The notes: generated by a model not told the origin, from the letters alone. A DNA stretch of 55,723 nt from Candidatus Hadarchaeota archaeon (GCA_964343275.1 CAYFIY010000004.1:1-55723); one strand, 5' to 3'. Numbered from the stretch's first letter, positions 19,128 through 29,149 are shown. Numbers and translations are program-made.

Positions 19128-19688
19128 ATGAAAAATTCTTATTTGAATAATCATTTTAGAGCGAAGATTTTTGCCGTTGCAGCGATTTCGACAGCTTTGC
19201 TTATGGCGATATCTGGATTTTGGTATTTCGCCACGGTTGAAGGAACACTAGGTAATGGTAGCGATACTGTGGGCATAGAACTGGGTCAGATTGCTCCAGA
19301 CTTCATCTTGGTTGACATCGACGGCAATACTTCTAGCTTGGGAGATCATACTGGGCAAGTGGTTATATTGGATCTCATGGCAACCTGGTGTCCGCCATGT
19401 ATAACGGAGATGGAACACCTCAGCCAAATCTTCGGAGATTATAGCGCTTCAGTGGTGATAATGTCTATCGACGTGGACCCGACGGAAACGGATGAGATGA
19501 TACGCCAGTTCAAGATAGATTACGGAAGAGACTGGATATTCGCCAGTGGGTCCAGCGTGGGAATCACATACGAGCTAAATGCTATCCCCACCATATACAT
19601 CGTCGACAAGCTAGGGCACATTGCGTACAAAAACGTTGGCCTTACGCCAGCCTCCGTGCTCGAGGCCGAAATTGAAAATATTCTGTAG
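19128..19688 (+). CDS. TlpA/ResA-like membrane-anchored thiol:disulfide oxidoreductase
   Basis: N-terminal TM, APDF, ATWCPPC, cis-Pro AIPT. Confidence 0.9.
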   Translation: MKNSYLNNHFRAKIFAVAAISTALLMAISGFWYFATVEGTLGNGSDTVGIELGQIAPDFILVDIDGNTSSLGDHTGQVVILDLMATWCPPCITEMEHLSQIFGDYSASVVIMSIDVDPTETDEMIRQFKIDYGRDWIFASGSSVGITYELNAIPTIYIVDKLGHIAYKNVGLTPASVLEAEIENIL

Positions 19689-19700
19689 GCCGCTGCTTTT

Positions 19701-20375
19701 ATGGTCGACTTCCCGCTCCTCTCGCTCGCCTTCGGTGCTGGCCTTATCACCTTCTTCAGCCCTTGCGCTTATGCGATGCTGCCGGCTTATATCACCTACC
19801 ATCTTAGTCGCCGCGAGACTAAGAGTGGTTCAGTTTACCGTTCCTACCTAGAAGGAGCTAAAGTGGGTGGCGCAATGTCCCTAGGCTTTATGCTATTTTT
19901 ACTGGCCGTGGGCACCATAGTCTCATTTGCAGGTGTCCAGATCGGTCAGTATCTATCACATGCGGCGATAGTGGTTGGAGTGATACTAATCGTGCTCGGC
20001 GTCCTTTGGTTGGCCAAAGTTAGATTATCTTTTCTGGTCTCGCTTCGAGTTCCGATCAGGAATGGATGGCTATCTTTTTTTGCATTTGGTATCGCCTACG
20101 CAATTGGATCGGCTACTTGTGCCCTCCCCGTATTTCTTCTGGTAGTATTTGCTGCGGTGATATCAGGAGGGATCATATCAGGTCTCTCGATCTTCCTCTT
20201 ATATTCGCTAGGGATGATCGTGGTGATGATTCCATTGTCCATCGCGGTTTCTACATCGAAGGATTTGATCCTGCAACGGTTTGAACGGATATTGCCCCAT
20301 GTGCGTAAAATTGGTGCGGTGACCATGATCATCGCTGGGATTTATTTGATTTCCATCCAAGTATTCGTTTTATGA
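19701..20375 (+). CDS. ccdA: CcdA/DsbD-type transmembrane electron transporter
   Basis: FFSPCAYAMLPAY and SATCALP catalytic Cys motifs; follows TlpA. Confidence 0.88.
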   Translation: MVDFPLLSLAFGAGLITFFSPCAYAMLPAYITYHLSRRETKSGSVYRSYLEGAKVGGAMSLGFMLFLLAVGTIVSFAGVQIGQYLSHAAIVVGVILIVLGVLWLAKVRLSFLVSLRVPIRNGWLSFFAFGIAYAIGSATCALPVFLLVVFAAVISGGIISGLSIFLLYSLGMIVVMIPLSIAVSTSKDLILQRFERILPHVRKIGAVTMIIAGIYLISIQVFVL

Positions 20376-20479
20376 TTCAATTGTGCATTTAGTAGTCAGC
20401 AGTTCGGAAAAATATTTGGTTTTTGGGGTAAGTTAGAGATATTTACTGTTTTAGATAACAATTAGATAGGGGTAATTCA

Positions 20480-20905
20480 TTGAAGTGCTTCGAATGGGTC
20501 GAACACCCGTCTGACATCGGTTTCCGCGCATACGGACGAGACCTATCAGAGGCCTTCGAGAACGCTGCGCTCGCCTTGTTCGAAATAATGACGGACACCA
20601 GTAAAGTTGATCCGCGCAGGGAGGTTAAGTTTGACTTGGAGTCGGAGGATGAGGGGGCGCTGTTATACGATTGGTTGGACAGGTTCCTTTACCTCCACGA
20701 TTCAGAGAACCTGCTGTTTTCAAAATTCAGCGTTGAGATATCTAAAAACCAAGGACGCTTGAAACTTTCGGCGCAATCTTGGGGCGAGACTTTTGAACTG
20801 TCAAAGCATCTCGATCGAACCTCAGTCAAAGCTATGACCTACCACATGATGGAGATCAAACAAGAGACGGACAAATGCTATGTGCAAGCGGTCGTAGATA
20901 TATAG
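20480..20905 (+). CDS. Archease
   Basis: EHPSDIG, EAFENAA, VKAMTYH, C-terminal VVDI; precedes rtcB. Confidence 0.95.
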   Translation: MKCFEWVEHPSDIGFRAYGRDLSEAFENAALALFEIMTDTSKVDPRREVKFDLESEDEGALLYDWLDRFLYLHDSENLLFSKFSVEISKNQGRLKLSAQSWGETFELSKHLDRTSVKAMTYHMMEIKQETDKCYVQAVVDI

Positions 20906-20957
20906 TTAACCAAAAAAGGTAATTTAACGAAACATCAAAATTAAGCTAGGTGAGTAA

Positions 20958-22439
20958 ATGGGAGAGCACACTAATGCGGGCATGGGTCGTTGGAAAGATG
21001 TCATAAAACAGGTAGATGAACTGAGGTGGGAGATACCTAAGGAGTACAAACGTGGGATGAAGGTTCCTGCGAGGATTTACGCAGACGCCGAGATGCTCAA
21101 CGAGATGACCAAGGACCTGACACTGGAACAAGTCTCGAACGTATCTTTTCTACAGGGTATTTACAAGTACTCTATAGCGCTGCCCGATGGGCACCAAGGG
21201 TACGGATTCCCGATTGGCGGCGTAGCTGCTACTGACGCCGAAACCGGTGTTGTCAGTCCAGGTGGTGTGGGGTACGATATCAACTGTGGTGTACGGTTGT
21301 TGCGGACGGACATAGTAAAGAATGACGTTACTCCTAAGCTTCGCGATCTCGTCGAAGCCATGTTCCGGAACGTGCCTTCAGGCTTGGGAAGCAAAGGCAA
21401 GGTCAGGGTTACTCCAGAACAGCTCGTTCATGTTTTGGAGAGGGGGGCACGTTGGGCTGTGGAGAACGGTTATGGCTGGGATGAGGATCTGGAGCGTCTC
21501 GAGGAGGGTGGAGGGATGTCAGGGGCGTCCGCAAAGAACGTAAGTATGGAAGCAAAACGACGAGGTTATCCCCAGCTTGGTAGCTTGGGAAGCGGTAATC
21601 ACTTCATCGAAGTTCAGACAGTTGATAAAATTTTCGATTCTGACGTGGCGAGAAAGTTAGGTATAGATCAAGAAGGACAAGTCACGGTGATGATACATAC
21701 AGGTTCCCGCGGGCTGGGACATCAAGTCTGCTCCGATTACCTTCGAAACATGGAGCGGGCTGTGCACAAGTATAACATAGAACTACCTGACCGTGAGCTC
21801 GTCAACATGCCCGTGAGCTCCCCCGAAGGGCAGGATTATCTTTCGGCCATGAGGTGTGCAGCAAACTTCGCATGGACAAACCGCCAGATGATTGTGCACT
21901 GGGTCAGGCAATCATTCGAGAAGGTAATGGGAAAGGATGCGGAAACTCTGGGCCTCCATATAATCTACGATGTTGCTCATAATATTGCGAAGCTCGAGGA
22001 TCACGAGGTAAATAGCGAACGCAAGAAGGTATGCATTCACAGGAAAGGAGCGACCAGGGCTTTTCCACCGGGTCATCCCGAAGTACCATCGATCTATCGC
22101 AATGTAGGACAGCCGGTGTTAATTCCCGGAGATATGGGTACCGCTTCTTACCTGATGGTTGGCACGGCACAGGGCATGAATGAAACCTTCGGTTCTACTG
22201 CACACGGCGCGGGGAGACATATGAGTCGTACCGCGGCCCTGCGTAGATTCAGAGGTGAGGAAATCAAGAGCAGGCTAGAAGCTGAGGGGAGAATAGTTAG
22301 AGCCGCAAAGATATCGATCGTCGCTGAGGAAGCGCCAGAAGCCTACAAAGATATCGATAAAGTTGTAGACATATCCCATAGAGCAGGAATAGCCAGAAAA
22401 ATAGCAAGGTTGGTACCAATGGGTGTTGCCAAAGGCTGA
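20958..22439 (+). CDS. rtcB: tRNA-splicing ligase RtcB
   Basis: PDGHQGYGFPIGG, GYDINCG, GSGNHF, HTGSRG, HRKGAT, HGAGR, EEAPEAYK; no intein. Confidence 0.97.
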   Translation: MGEHTNAGMGRWKDVIKQVDELRWEIPKEYKRGMKVPARIYADAEMLNEMTKDLTLEQVSNVSFLQGIYKYSIALPDGHQGYGFPIGGVAATDAETGVVSPGGVGYDINCGVRLLRTDIVKNDVTPKLRDLVEAMFRNVPSGLGSKGKVRVTPEQLVHVLERGARWAVENGYGWDEDLERLEEGGGMSGASAKNVSMEAKRRGYPQLGSLGSGNHFIEVQTVDKIFDSDVARKLGIDQEGQVTVMIHTGSRGLGHQVCSDYLRNMERAVHKYNIELPDRELVNMPVSSPEGQDYLSAMRCAANFAWTNRQMIVHWVRQSFEKVMGKDAETLGLHIIYDVAHNIAKLEDHEVNSERKKVCIHRKGATRAFPPGHPEVPSIYRNVGQPVLIPGDMGTASYLMVGTAQGMNETFGSTAHGAGRHMSRTAALRRFRGEEIKSRLEAEGRIVRAAKISIVAEEAPEAYKDIDKVVDISHRAGIARKIARLVPMGVAKG

Positions 22440-22448
22440 AACATTATT

Positions 22449-23291
22449 ATGTCAGAAATTGTCACCTCAATTCTTTTACCAGCTTCATTTGTCAGCGATT
22501 CTACGGACATTCGTCAGAAGACATTGAAGATAGGACTAGTTGGCCGCGCGCTGGCGGTTTTTCGAGTTAAGAAAGTCTGTATATTCAACGACGACGAACC
22601 CAACCTACGAAATCAAACAAGCGAGGCGAAGACAATAGAATTGATATTGAGCTACATGGAAACGCCTCAGTATTTACGCAAGATGATATTTCCACACAGG
22701 GACGAACTCCGCTATGCCGGATTGCTTTATCCACTGAGAACGCCTCACCATCCGCTTCAGAGGGAGAGAGATAAAACAGGCGATTACCGCGAGGGGGTGG
22801 TTATTAAGACAGGTAAAAGAAGCATCCTAGATGTCGGACTGCCGGAGAAGGCTGTAGTCGAACAGAAGCTAAACTCAGGTAGACGCTTGACAGTTAGGCT
22901 TGATAAAAAAACAGACGGCTTCGTAAGCGCCGTTCCCGTTTCGCGTGGGGATGTCACCGAATACTGGGGCTACGAAATCGGGTTAGCTAAGAACCTTTCG
23001 GAGGGCTTAAAAATTATAAACGCCGAGTACTACATCGGGACTTCACGGAGAGGACAAAATTTATATGAAGCTGTAAATGTGATAAAGAGTAGCATTAATA
23101 GTGGTGTGGCAGTGGCATTCGGAGGTCCCTCTGCGGGACTCTTCGAGATCTGCGAGCGCCAAGGCGTCGATGCGCGGGAACTGTTCGACGTCGTTATAAA
23201 TACGATACCGAATCAAGGCACCGCAACAGTTAGGACAGAAGAGGCGCTTGTAGCCACGCTCTCGCTGCTGAATGCGCTCATCGAGGGATAA
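22449..23291 (+). CDS. SPOUT RNA methyltransferase (DUF171/MTH1-like)
   Basis: YMETPQYLRK, LRTPHH, YWGY, NTIPNQGTATVRTEEA; conserved position upstream of rpl3. Confidence 0.92.
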   Translation: MSEIVTSILLPASFVSDSTDIRQKTLKIGLVGRALAVFRVKKVCIFNDDEPNLRNQTSEAKTIELILSYMETPQYLRKMIFPHRDELRYAGLLYPLRTPHHPLQRERDKTGDYREGVVIKTGKRSILDVGLPEKAVVEQKLNSGRRLTVRLDKKTDGFVSAVPVSRGDVTEYWGYEIGLAKNLSEGLKIINAEYYIGTSRRGQNLYEAVNVIKSSINSGVAVAFGGPSAGLFEICERQGVDARELFDVVINTIPNQGTATVRTEEALVATLSLLNALIEG

Positions 23292-23292
23292 A

Positions 23293-24303
23293 ATGGGAAA
23301 ACGAAAACACCATTCGAGGCTGGGTTCGCTCGCCTACAAACCTCGCGTGCGAGCCTCTGCACCAGTAGCTCGTATAAGAGCTTGGCCAGTGGAAGCAAGG
23401 CTGGGCCTGCAGGGAATGGCAGGTTATAAGGCCGGGATGCTTAACCTCTTTTTAATAGACGATCGCAAGGGATCTCCCACTAAGGGACAAGAAATAAGCG
23501 TTCCCGGTACAGTGGTGGAGGCTCCACCTTTGGTAGCTTGTGCGGTCAGGCTGTATACATCAGGAGAAGATGGTTTGAATTCAATCGGGGATTTCTGGGC
23601 GGGAGAACTTCCAAAGGATCTTAACCGTGTAATTAAAAGGCCTAAGAAATTTGACGCTCAAAAAGCACTTGAAAAAGCGGAATCTTTGGTGAAGGGAGGC
23701 AATGTTTCTGATGTCAGGATTTTGCTCTGTACCCAGCCGCAGTCGTCCAACCTTCCCAAGAAAAAACCAGATCTCATGGAGATACGCGTAAGTGGAGCTT
23801 CTATAGATGAAAGGTGGAACTATTCTAAGGCCCTGTTGGGGAAGGAGGTTCGTGCAACTGATGTTTTCAATGAGGGGGGGTATGTCGACGTAATCGCGGT
23901 GACCAAGGGCAAAGGATTTCAGGGTCCGGTTAAACGATGGGGGATTAAGATCTTGCCCAGAAAGACCCAAGGAGGCCGCCGGCAGGTTGGTTCGATAGGT
24001 CCATGGTCTCCCCCTCGGATTATGTGGACGGTACCTTCAGCCGGTCAGATGGGTTATCATCGGCGTACGGAACATAACAAGCAAGTTTTGAAGATCGGCA
24101 ATGATGGGAAAGAAGTTACTCCAAAGGGAGGCTTTCTGCGATATGGTCTCGTAAGGGGGGACTTTATCATCCTCGCCGGTTCGGTGCCTGGGCCGGCGAA
24201 AAGGCTCCTGCAGCTGAGACGCTCATTGAGACTTCATATGGGAGTTACCACTTCTACACAGTCACTCACTTACGTCAGCACAGCTTCTCAACAGGGGGCG
24301 TAG
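23293..24303 (+). CDS. rpl3: 50S ribosomal protein L3
   Basis: GSLAYKPR, GYKAGM, TKGKGFQGPVKRWG, GQMGYH. Confidence 0.97.
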   Translation: MGKRKHHSRLGSLAYKPRVRASAPVARIRAWPVEARLGLQGMAGYKAGMLNLFLIDDRKGSPTKGQEISVPGTVVEAPPLVACAVRLYTSGEDGLNSIGDFWAGELPKDLNRVIKRPKKFDAQKALEKAESLVKGGNVSDVRILLCTQPQSSNLPKKKPDLMEIRVSGASIDERWNYSKALLGKEVRATDVFNEGGYVDVIAVTKGKGFQGPVKRWGIKILPRKTQGGRRQVGSIGPWSPPRIMWTVPSAGQMGYHRRTEHNKQVLKIGNDGKEVTPKGGFLRYGLVRGDFIILAGSVPGPAKRLLQLRRSLRLHMGVTTSTQSLTYVSTASQQGA

Positions 24304-24305
24304 CG

Positions 24306-25088
24306 GTGAAGGTTCAAGTTTTTTCTCTCGGTGCGATGGCTGTTGAAGATATAGAGCTGCCGGGCGCATTTGGGTCCGATGTGAGACCAGATGTTATTAA
24401 TCGGGCTGTACTCGCTGCGCAGTCCTCAAGGATCCAACCATGGGGATCGAACGTGATGTCGGGCAAAAGGACGACGGCGGAAACTTGGGGTAAGGGACGC
24501 GGTGTTTCTAGGACAAGGAGGGTTAAAGGGTCTAGATCTCCGGCGGCGGGGAAGGCAGCATTCAACCCACATACTGTTGGGGGAAGGCGAGCTCATCCTC
24601 CCAGAGTTGAGAAAGTGCTCATTGAAAGGATAAACAAAAAAGAGCGTCTCTTCGCGATAAGATCAGCCATAGCGGCGACTAAGAATAAAAGCTTGGTAGC
24701 TTCTCGCGGTCACCTAATCGAAAACTTGCCGGATCTTCCGATAGTAGTCACGGATGAGATAGAAGGTTTGAGGAAGACTAGGGACATGCGGGTGTTTTTG
24801 AAAAAACTAGGCTTGGGGAAAGAACTTGAGCGTGTTCATGGAAGTAAGCGCATACGAGCCGGGGTAGGAAAAATGAGAGGGAGGAAATACAGGAGGTCGG
24901 TGGGACCCTTGTTGGTCATTGGCGAGGACAAAGGGGTAAGCCTGGCCATAAGAAACCTTCCAGGCTTCAGTGTGGTCAAGGTTACAGAGCTAAACTCGGA
25001 GCTATTGGCCCCTGGTGGAGTACCGGGCAGATTGACTATTTGGACCAGATCCGCCTTTAAGAAACTTGCGGAAAGGTTGATTACATGA
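24306..25088 (+). CDS. rpl4: 50S ribosomal protein L4
   Basis: AETWGKGRG, GGRRAHPP, RAGVGKMRGR, LLAPGG.PGRL. Confidence 0.97.
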   Translation: MKVQVFSLGAMAVEDIELPGAFGSDVRPDVINRAVLAAQSSRIQPWGSNVMSGKRTTAETWGKGRGVSRTRRVKGSRSPAAGKAAFNPHTVGGRRAHPPRVEKVLIERINKKERLFAIRSAIAATKNKSLVASRGHLIENLPDLPIVVTDEIEGLRKTRDMRVFLKKLGLGKELERVHGSKRIRAGVGKMRGRKYRRSVGPLLVIGEDKGVSLAIRNLPGFSVVKVTELNSELLAPGGVPGRLTIWTRSAFKKLAERLIT

Positions 25089-25348
25089 AGGATCCTCAGT
25101 CGGTCATACTCTACCCGCAGGCCACAGAGAAGTCCGTTAAGCTGATAGAATCGGAGAACAAACTGATTTTTATCGTGGATAATAATGCCTCCAAATCAGA
25201 CGTCAAGATGGCGATTGAGTCTCTGTTCGATGTGAAGGTGAAGGACGTGTCGACTGAGGTAACTCCCGAGGGGCGTAAACGTGCGTATGTCAAGCTTTTC
25301 CCGGAGTTCATGGCCGATGAGATTGCATCTAAGCTTGGGATGATTTGA
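25085..25348 (+). CDS. rpl23: 50S ribosomal protein L23
   Basis: TEKS..LIE.ENKL.F.V, KRAYVKL. Confidence 0.96.
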   Translation: MKDPQSVILYPQATEKSVKLIESENKLIFIVDNNASKSDVKMAIESLFDVKVKDVSTEVTPEGRKRAYVKLFPEFMADEIASKLGMI

Positions 25349-26055
25349 TGGGCAAGCGGACGAGATCTCAGCGACCCGGGGATGGTTCCCCGACCTACAG
25401 AGCGAAATCTTGGAGGAGGTTAGGCGAAATTAGACTGCCACCCCCCGAACAGACCGGCGAGGCGATAGTAGTTGATATCGTTCATGATCCTGGAAGGAAT
25501 GCACCGATCGCGAAAATAAGATATGGAGATGGTCAAGAGCGACTGGTCTTGGCCCCGGAGGGAATTATGGTCGGCGACAGACTGAACGCCGGAATTTCAG
25601 TGGAATTAAAACATGGAAGCATCATTTCCCTCGCAGAAATCCCGGAGGGAACACCGGTTTACAATATAGAGTCAAGAGTAGGAGATGGTGGAAAATTTGT
25701 TAGGTCATCAGGTTCACAAGCGATACTGATAGGTCATGACGTGGGCAGAGCTACTGTTCAGCTCCCGTCTGGTGAGATAAAAGATTTTAATCCCAGATGT
25801 CGCGCAGCCATAGGCGTAGTTGCCGGCGGTGGTCGTTTGGAAAAACCATTTGTAAAAGCCGGAAGTCGACATCACGCGTTTCTAGCAAAGGGGAAACCAT
25901 ATCCCCATGTTCGTGGAGTGGCCATGAATGTCGTAGATCATCCATTTGGGGGGGGCAGAGGGAAGCACGCCGGCAGGCCGAAGACAGTCTCCCACGGCGC
26001 CCCGCCCGGCCAGAAGGTAGGGTTAATATCAGCTAGGAGGACAGGTAAGAGGTGA
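25348..26055 (+). CDS. rpl2: 50S ribosomal protein L2
   Basis: HDPGR, VRGVAMN..DHPFGGG, PPGQKVG. Confidence 0.97.
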   Translation: MGKRTRSQRPGDGSPTYRAKSWRRLGEIRLPPPEQTGEAIVVDIVHDPGRNAPIAKIRYGDGQERLVLAPEGIMVGDRLNAGISVELKHGSIISLAEIPEGTPVYNIESRVGDGGKFVRSSGSQAILIGHDVGRATVQLPSGEIKDFNPRCRAAIGVVAGGGRLEKPFVKAGSRHHAFLAKGKPYPHVRGVAMNVVDHPFGGGRGKHAGRPKTVSHGAPPGQKVGLISARRTGKR

Positions 26056-26059
26056 ATAG

Positions 26060-26455
26060 ATGCCGAAGAAGTTCTCATACCGAGGGTACTCACTGGAGGA
26101 GCTACAAAAGCTTCCATTGGATGACTTTGCGAAGCTCATCCCTTCGCGTCAACGAAGGTCACTGACAAGGGGTTTCACGCCAAAACAGAGGAAGTTGATA
26201 GAAAGGGCGCGTGCCGCCAGGGCTTCAGGTAGGGAGGCGCCTATACGGACCCACAACAGGGATATTGTAATCATCCCGGAGATGGTTGGTTTGAAATTCT
26301 CCGTTCACAATGGAAAGGAATTTACAATGATTGAGGTCAAGCCTGATATGGTCGGGCACCGCCTAGGCGAGTTCTCGCAGACGAGAAAGAGAGTCAATCA
26401 CGGAACTCCGGGAATAGGCGCGACTAGGAGCTCTTTGTACGTGCCGTTGAAGTGA
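26060..26455 (+). CDS. rps19: 30S ribosomal protein S19
   Basis: FSYRG, RTHNRD, HNGKEF, GHRLGEF, GATRSS. Confidence 0.97.
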   Translation: MPKKFSYRGYSLEELQKLPLDDFAKLIPSRQRRSLTRGFTPKQRKLIERARAARASGREAPIRTHNRDIVIIPEMVGLKFSVHNGKEFTMIEVKPDMVGHRLGEFSQTRKRVNHGTPGIGATRSSLYVPLK

Positions 26456-26459
26456 TTAT

Positions 26460-26903
26460 ATGCCTAAATCAGGTTATTCCGTCAATGTAGATGGTCCAGC
26501 TGCTATGGCTATCGGGAATGAGAGAAGGATATCTCCCAAGCATGCTATGGAGGTTTGTCGGGCAATCAGGGGCATGAGCTTGAGGGGTGCGAAAGAATAT
26601 CTGGGGGCGGTACAAATAAAGAAAAAATCGGTTCTTTTCATCAGACATCGAAAGAAGATTCCCCATCGAGGGGCAGGTGGTGCCGGAAGATACCCGGTGA
26701 AGGCAGCACGGGAGATTTTAAAGGTATTGTATAACGCTGAAGCCAATGCAGGTTATAAGGGCTTGGATGCGGAAAATCTTCGAGTTGTCCACGCCAGCGC
26801 TTACAAGGGTATTACTATTCCGGGTTATATTCCAAGGGCGATGGGGCGGACATCACCCGCCAACACGCCTCTGACCAACATAGAGATAATTCTTAAGGGT
26901 TGA
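26460..26903 (+). CDS. rpl22: 50S ribosomal protein L22
   Basis: ISPKH..EVC, GRYPVKAA, PRAMGR. Confidence 0.96.
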   Translation: MPKSGYSVNVDGPAAMAIGNERRISPKHAMEVCRAIRGMSLRGAKEYLGAVQIKKKSVLFIRHRKKIPHRGAGGAGRYPVKAAREILKVLYNAEANAGYKGLDAENLRVVHASAYKGITIPGYIPRAMGRTSPANTPLTNIEIILKG

Positions 26904-27616
26904 CATCAGTGCCAGTCGAACGTACTTTCATAAAAAAAGGCATTAAACGCGTCGAGCTTGAAACTTTTTTGGCAAATGAACTTGAGCGCGCGGGTTACGG
27001 CGGGGTTGATATAAGGAGAATTCTCACCGGTACAAGAGTGGCAGTCTACGTGGAAAGGCCTGGAATGGTGATAGGTCGGAAGGGAAAAAGCATCAAGCAA
27101 CTCACAGATGACCTCGAACAAAAATTCGGATTGGAAAAACCTCAGGTAGAGGTTGTGGAGATTCCCAACCCACAACTGTCAGGACCGATAATGGCTAAAC
27201 GCATAGCCTTCTCATTGGGGAGGGGGATAAAAGTGCGAAGGGTAGGGCACGGCATGGTCAGGACTATCATGGGCGCTGGAGCGAGGGGGGTAGAGATCGT
27301 AATTTCCGGAAGATTTGCTGGGGAACGTTCGAGAACCGCAAGGTTTTACCAAGGATACTTGAGCAAGGCTGGCGAGCCCGTAAAAAAATTTGTCAGTCAT
27401 GGTCAAGCCGTGGCGAAGTTGAAACCAGGGATAGTTGGTATAAAGGTCGGTATAATGCCTCCCGACATTGCCCTACCCGGTGAAATTAAGGTACCGGAAG
27501 TGGAGGCTAAAACTCACGAAGCGGCGACTAAGGAGCAGCCCACACACGAAAAGGTTGAAAAGGATGCGGGACTAGTCTCTGAGGAAGGTGCCCAAAATGG
27601 CAACGATAAAAGTTAA
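26900..27616 (+). CDS. rps3: 30S ribosomal protein S3
   Basis: RAGYGG, RPGMVIGRKG KH loop, GARGVEIVISG. Confidence 0.97.
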   Translation: MTSVPVERTFIKKGIKRVELETFLANELERAGYGGVDIRRILTGTRVAVYVERPGMVIGRKGKSIKQLTDDLEQKFGLEKPQVEVVEIPNPQLSGPIMAKRIAFSLGRGIKVRRVGHGMVRTIMGAGARGVEIVISGRFAGERSRTARFYQGYLSKAGEPVKKFVSHGQAVAKLKPGIVGIKVGIMPPDIALPGEIKVPEVEAKTHEAATKEQPTHEKVEKDAGLVSEEGAQNGNDKS

Positions 27617-27806
27617 GGAAATCAGGGCCATGAGTGGAGAAGAGATGTTAGAAAAGCTAAGGGAACTTAGAGGGGAACTGGCCAGAGCGCGGGCCACGGC
27701 AGCCGCGGGGGGGTCGCTGGAAAATCCGGCGAAGATACGCGAGCTCAAGCGAGGGGTTGCAAGAATGCTCACAATTTATAAAGAAAAACAAAAAGGAGTT
27801 GCATAA
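27597..27806 (+). CDS. rpl29: 50S ribosomal protein L29
   Basis: EIRAMS, ENPAKIRELKR..AR.LT. Confidence 0.95.
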   Translation: MATIKVKEIRAMSGEEMLEKLRELRGELARARATAAAGGSLENPAKIRELKRGVARMLTIYKEKQKGVA

Positions 27807-28117
27807 TCTCGCGAGAAATCTGCAAGGTTTGTGGATTACCTAAGGAGCTTTGTGTTTGCGAGGAGATCGCTCGCGAACAGCAACGAATAACTGTCTACTC
27901 CATAAAGCGAAAGTTCGGTAAAATTGTAACAATTATCGAGGGGCTGAATGAGAAACAAATAAGCATCAAGGATCTCGCCAAGAGACTCAAGTCCAAACTC
28001 GCTTGCGGCGGAACATCTAAAGATGGTAGAATTGAGCTCCAAGGGCGACATAAAGAACGAGTCAAAAAAGTGCTGATAAATATGGGATTCTCCCAAGAGA
28101 TGATTGATATTAGGTAG
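27806..28117 (+). CDS. sui1: Translation initiation factor aIF1 (SUI1) with probable non-canonical ATC start, missed by ORF track
   Basis: Manual translation (I/M)SREICKVCGLPKELCVCEEIAREQQRI...KRKFGKIVTIIEG...LKSKLACGGT.KDGRIELQGRH...MGF. Canonical position between rpl29 and rnp1. In-frame TAA at 27779 upstream and no ATG/GTG/TTG before the conserved N-terminus. Confidence 0.93.
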   Translation: MSREICKVCGLPKELCVCEEIAREQQRITVYSIKRKFGKIVTIIEGLNEKQISIKDLAKRLKSKLACGGTSKDGRIELQGRHKERVKKVLINMGFSQEMIDIR

Positions 28118-28124
28118 GGGCACC

Positions 28125-28397
28125 ATGTCTGTTACTACAAAAAATATTTTGCGACACGAGCTTATTGGGCTCGAGGCTCAGGTCATAAGTAGTTCTGACC
28201 ATACATTACTGGGGACCTTTGGCAAAATCTTGGACGAGACGCGCGGCATCTTGGTGATAGAACACCTGTCGGATGCAAAATTTATCTCCAAATCAGGATC
28301 TACTTTTGAGATAAGATTGCCTGACGGCCAGAAAGTAGCCGTAAAGGGTGATAAGCTGGTGGGGCGGCCTGCGGAAAGGGTCAGGAGGAAGAGGTGA
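28125..28397 (+). CDS. rnp1: Ribonuclease P protein component 1 (Rpp29)
   Basis: [25 protein letters not shown]. Confidence 0.94.
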   Translation: MSVTTKNILRHELIGLEAQVISSSDHTLLGTFGKILDETRGILVIEHLSDAKFISKSGSTFEIRLPDGQKVAVKGDKLVGRPAERVRRKR

Positions 28398-28401
28398 AAA
28401 C

Positions 28402-28716
28402 ATGGTGGGATTAGGAATCAAATCGCCCACGGAGAAGTGTTCTGATATTAAATGTCCCTTTCATGGGCGTCTATCGGTAAGGGGTAGGGCTTTCGAAGGT
28501 GTGGTAGTGAGCGATAAAATGCTACATGGGATTACCGTTGAGCTGCAGGGCATGCAACATGTGTCAAAGTACGATAGGTACGAGAGGCGGACCTCAAAAT
28601 TTCATGCCCATAATCCCGTCTGCATTTCTGCAAAGGTTGGTGACAAAGTAAAGATTATGGAGTGCCGAAGGCTTAGTAAGACGAAGTCCTTCGTTGTAGT
28701 TCAAAAGGTGGTCTGA
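28402..28716 (+). CDS. rps17: 30S ribosomal protein S17
   Basis: [32 protein letters not shown]. Confidence 0.96.
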   Translation: MVGLGIKSPTEKCSDIKCPFHGRLSVRGRAFEGVVVSDKMLHGITVELQGMQHVSKYDRYERRTSKFHAHNPVCISAKVGDKVKIMECRRLSKTKSFVVVQKVV

Positions 28717-28720
28717 GGGT

Positions 28721-29146
28721 ATGGGAAGGAAAGGTATTGGCACGGCGATAGGTGAAACCGCTGTTAATCCGACGCGGGCACTTCCAGTCGGTGCTAGACT
28801 TTTCTGTGCGGATAACACTGGCGCGAGGGAAATTCAGATAATAAGCGTTATGGGATACAAGGGCAGGCGCGCTGCATTAGGGATCGCTGGAATTGGAGAC
28901 AGGGTCGTTGCCTCTGTAAAGAAGGGTACTCCTGAATTTAGGAAACAGTTAGTTCAGGCAGTAATAGTCCGTCAGATCAAGGAATACCGGCGTAAGGACG
29001 GAATGCACGTAAAGTTCGAGGACAATGCGGCCGTGCTCGTCACGCCCGAAGCTGCCCCACGCGGGTCGGAGCTGAAAGGTCCTATGGCCAGAGAGGCCGC
29101 AGAGAGATGGCCGAAGATTGCAGGGATAGCCTCAATCGTGGTGTGA
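28721..29146 (+). CDS. rpl14: 50S ribosomal protein L14
   Basis: [30 protein letters not shown]. Confidence 0.97.
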   Translation: MGRKGIGTAIGETAVNPTRALPVGARLFCADNTGAREIQIISVMGYKGRRAALGIAGIGDRVVASVKKGTPEFRKQLVQAVIVRQIKEYRRKDGMHVKFEDNAAVLVTPEAAPRGSELKGPMAREAAERWPKIAGIASIVV

Positions 29147-29149
29147 ATT

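Noticed and set aside
27836-28126. 96-aa minus-strand ORF filling the rpl29-rnp1 gap
   Set aside because: Antisense shadow of the real aIF1 gene on the plus strand.
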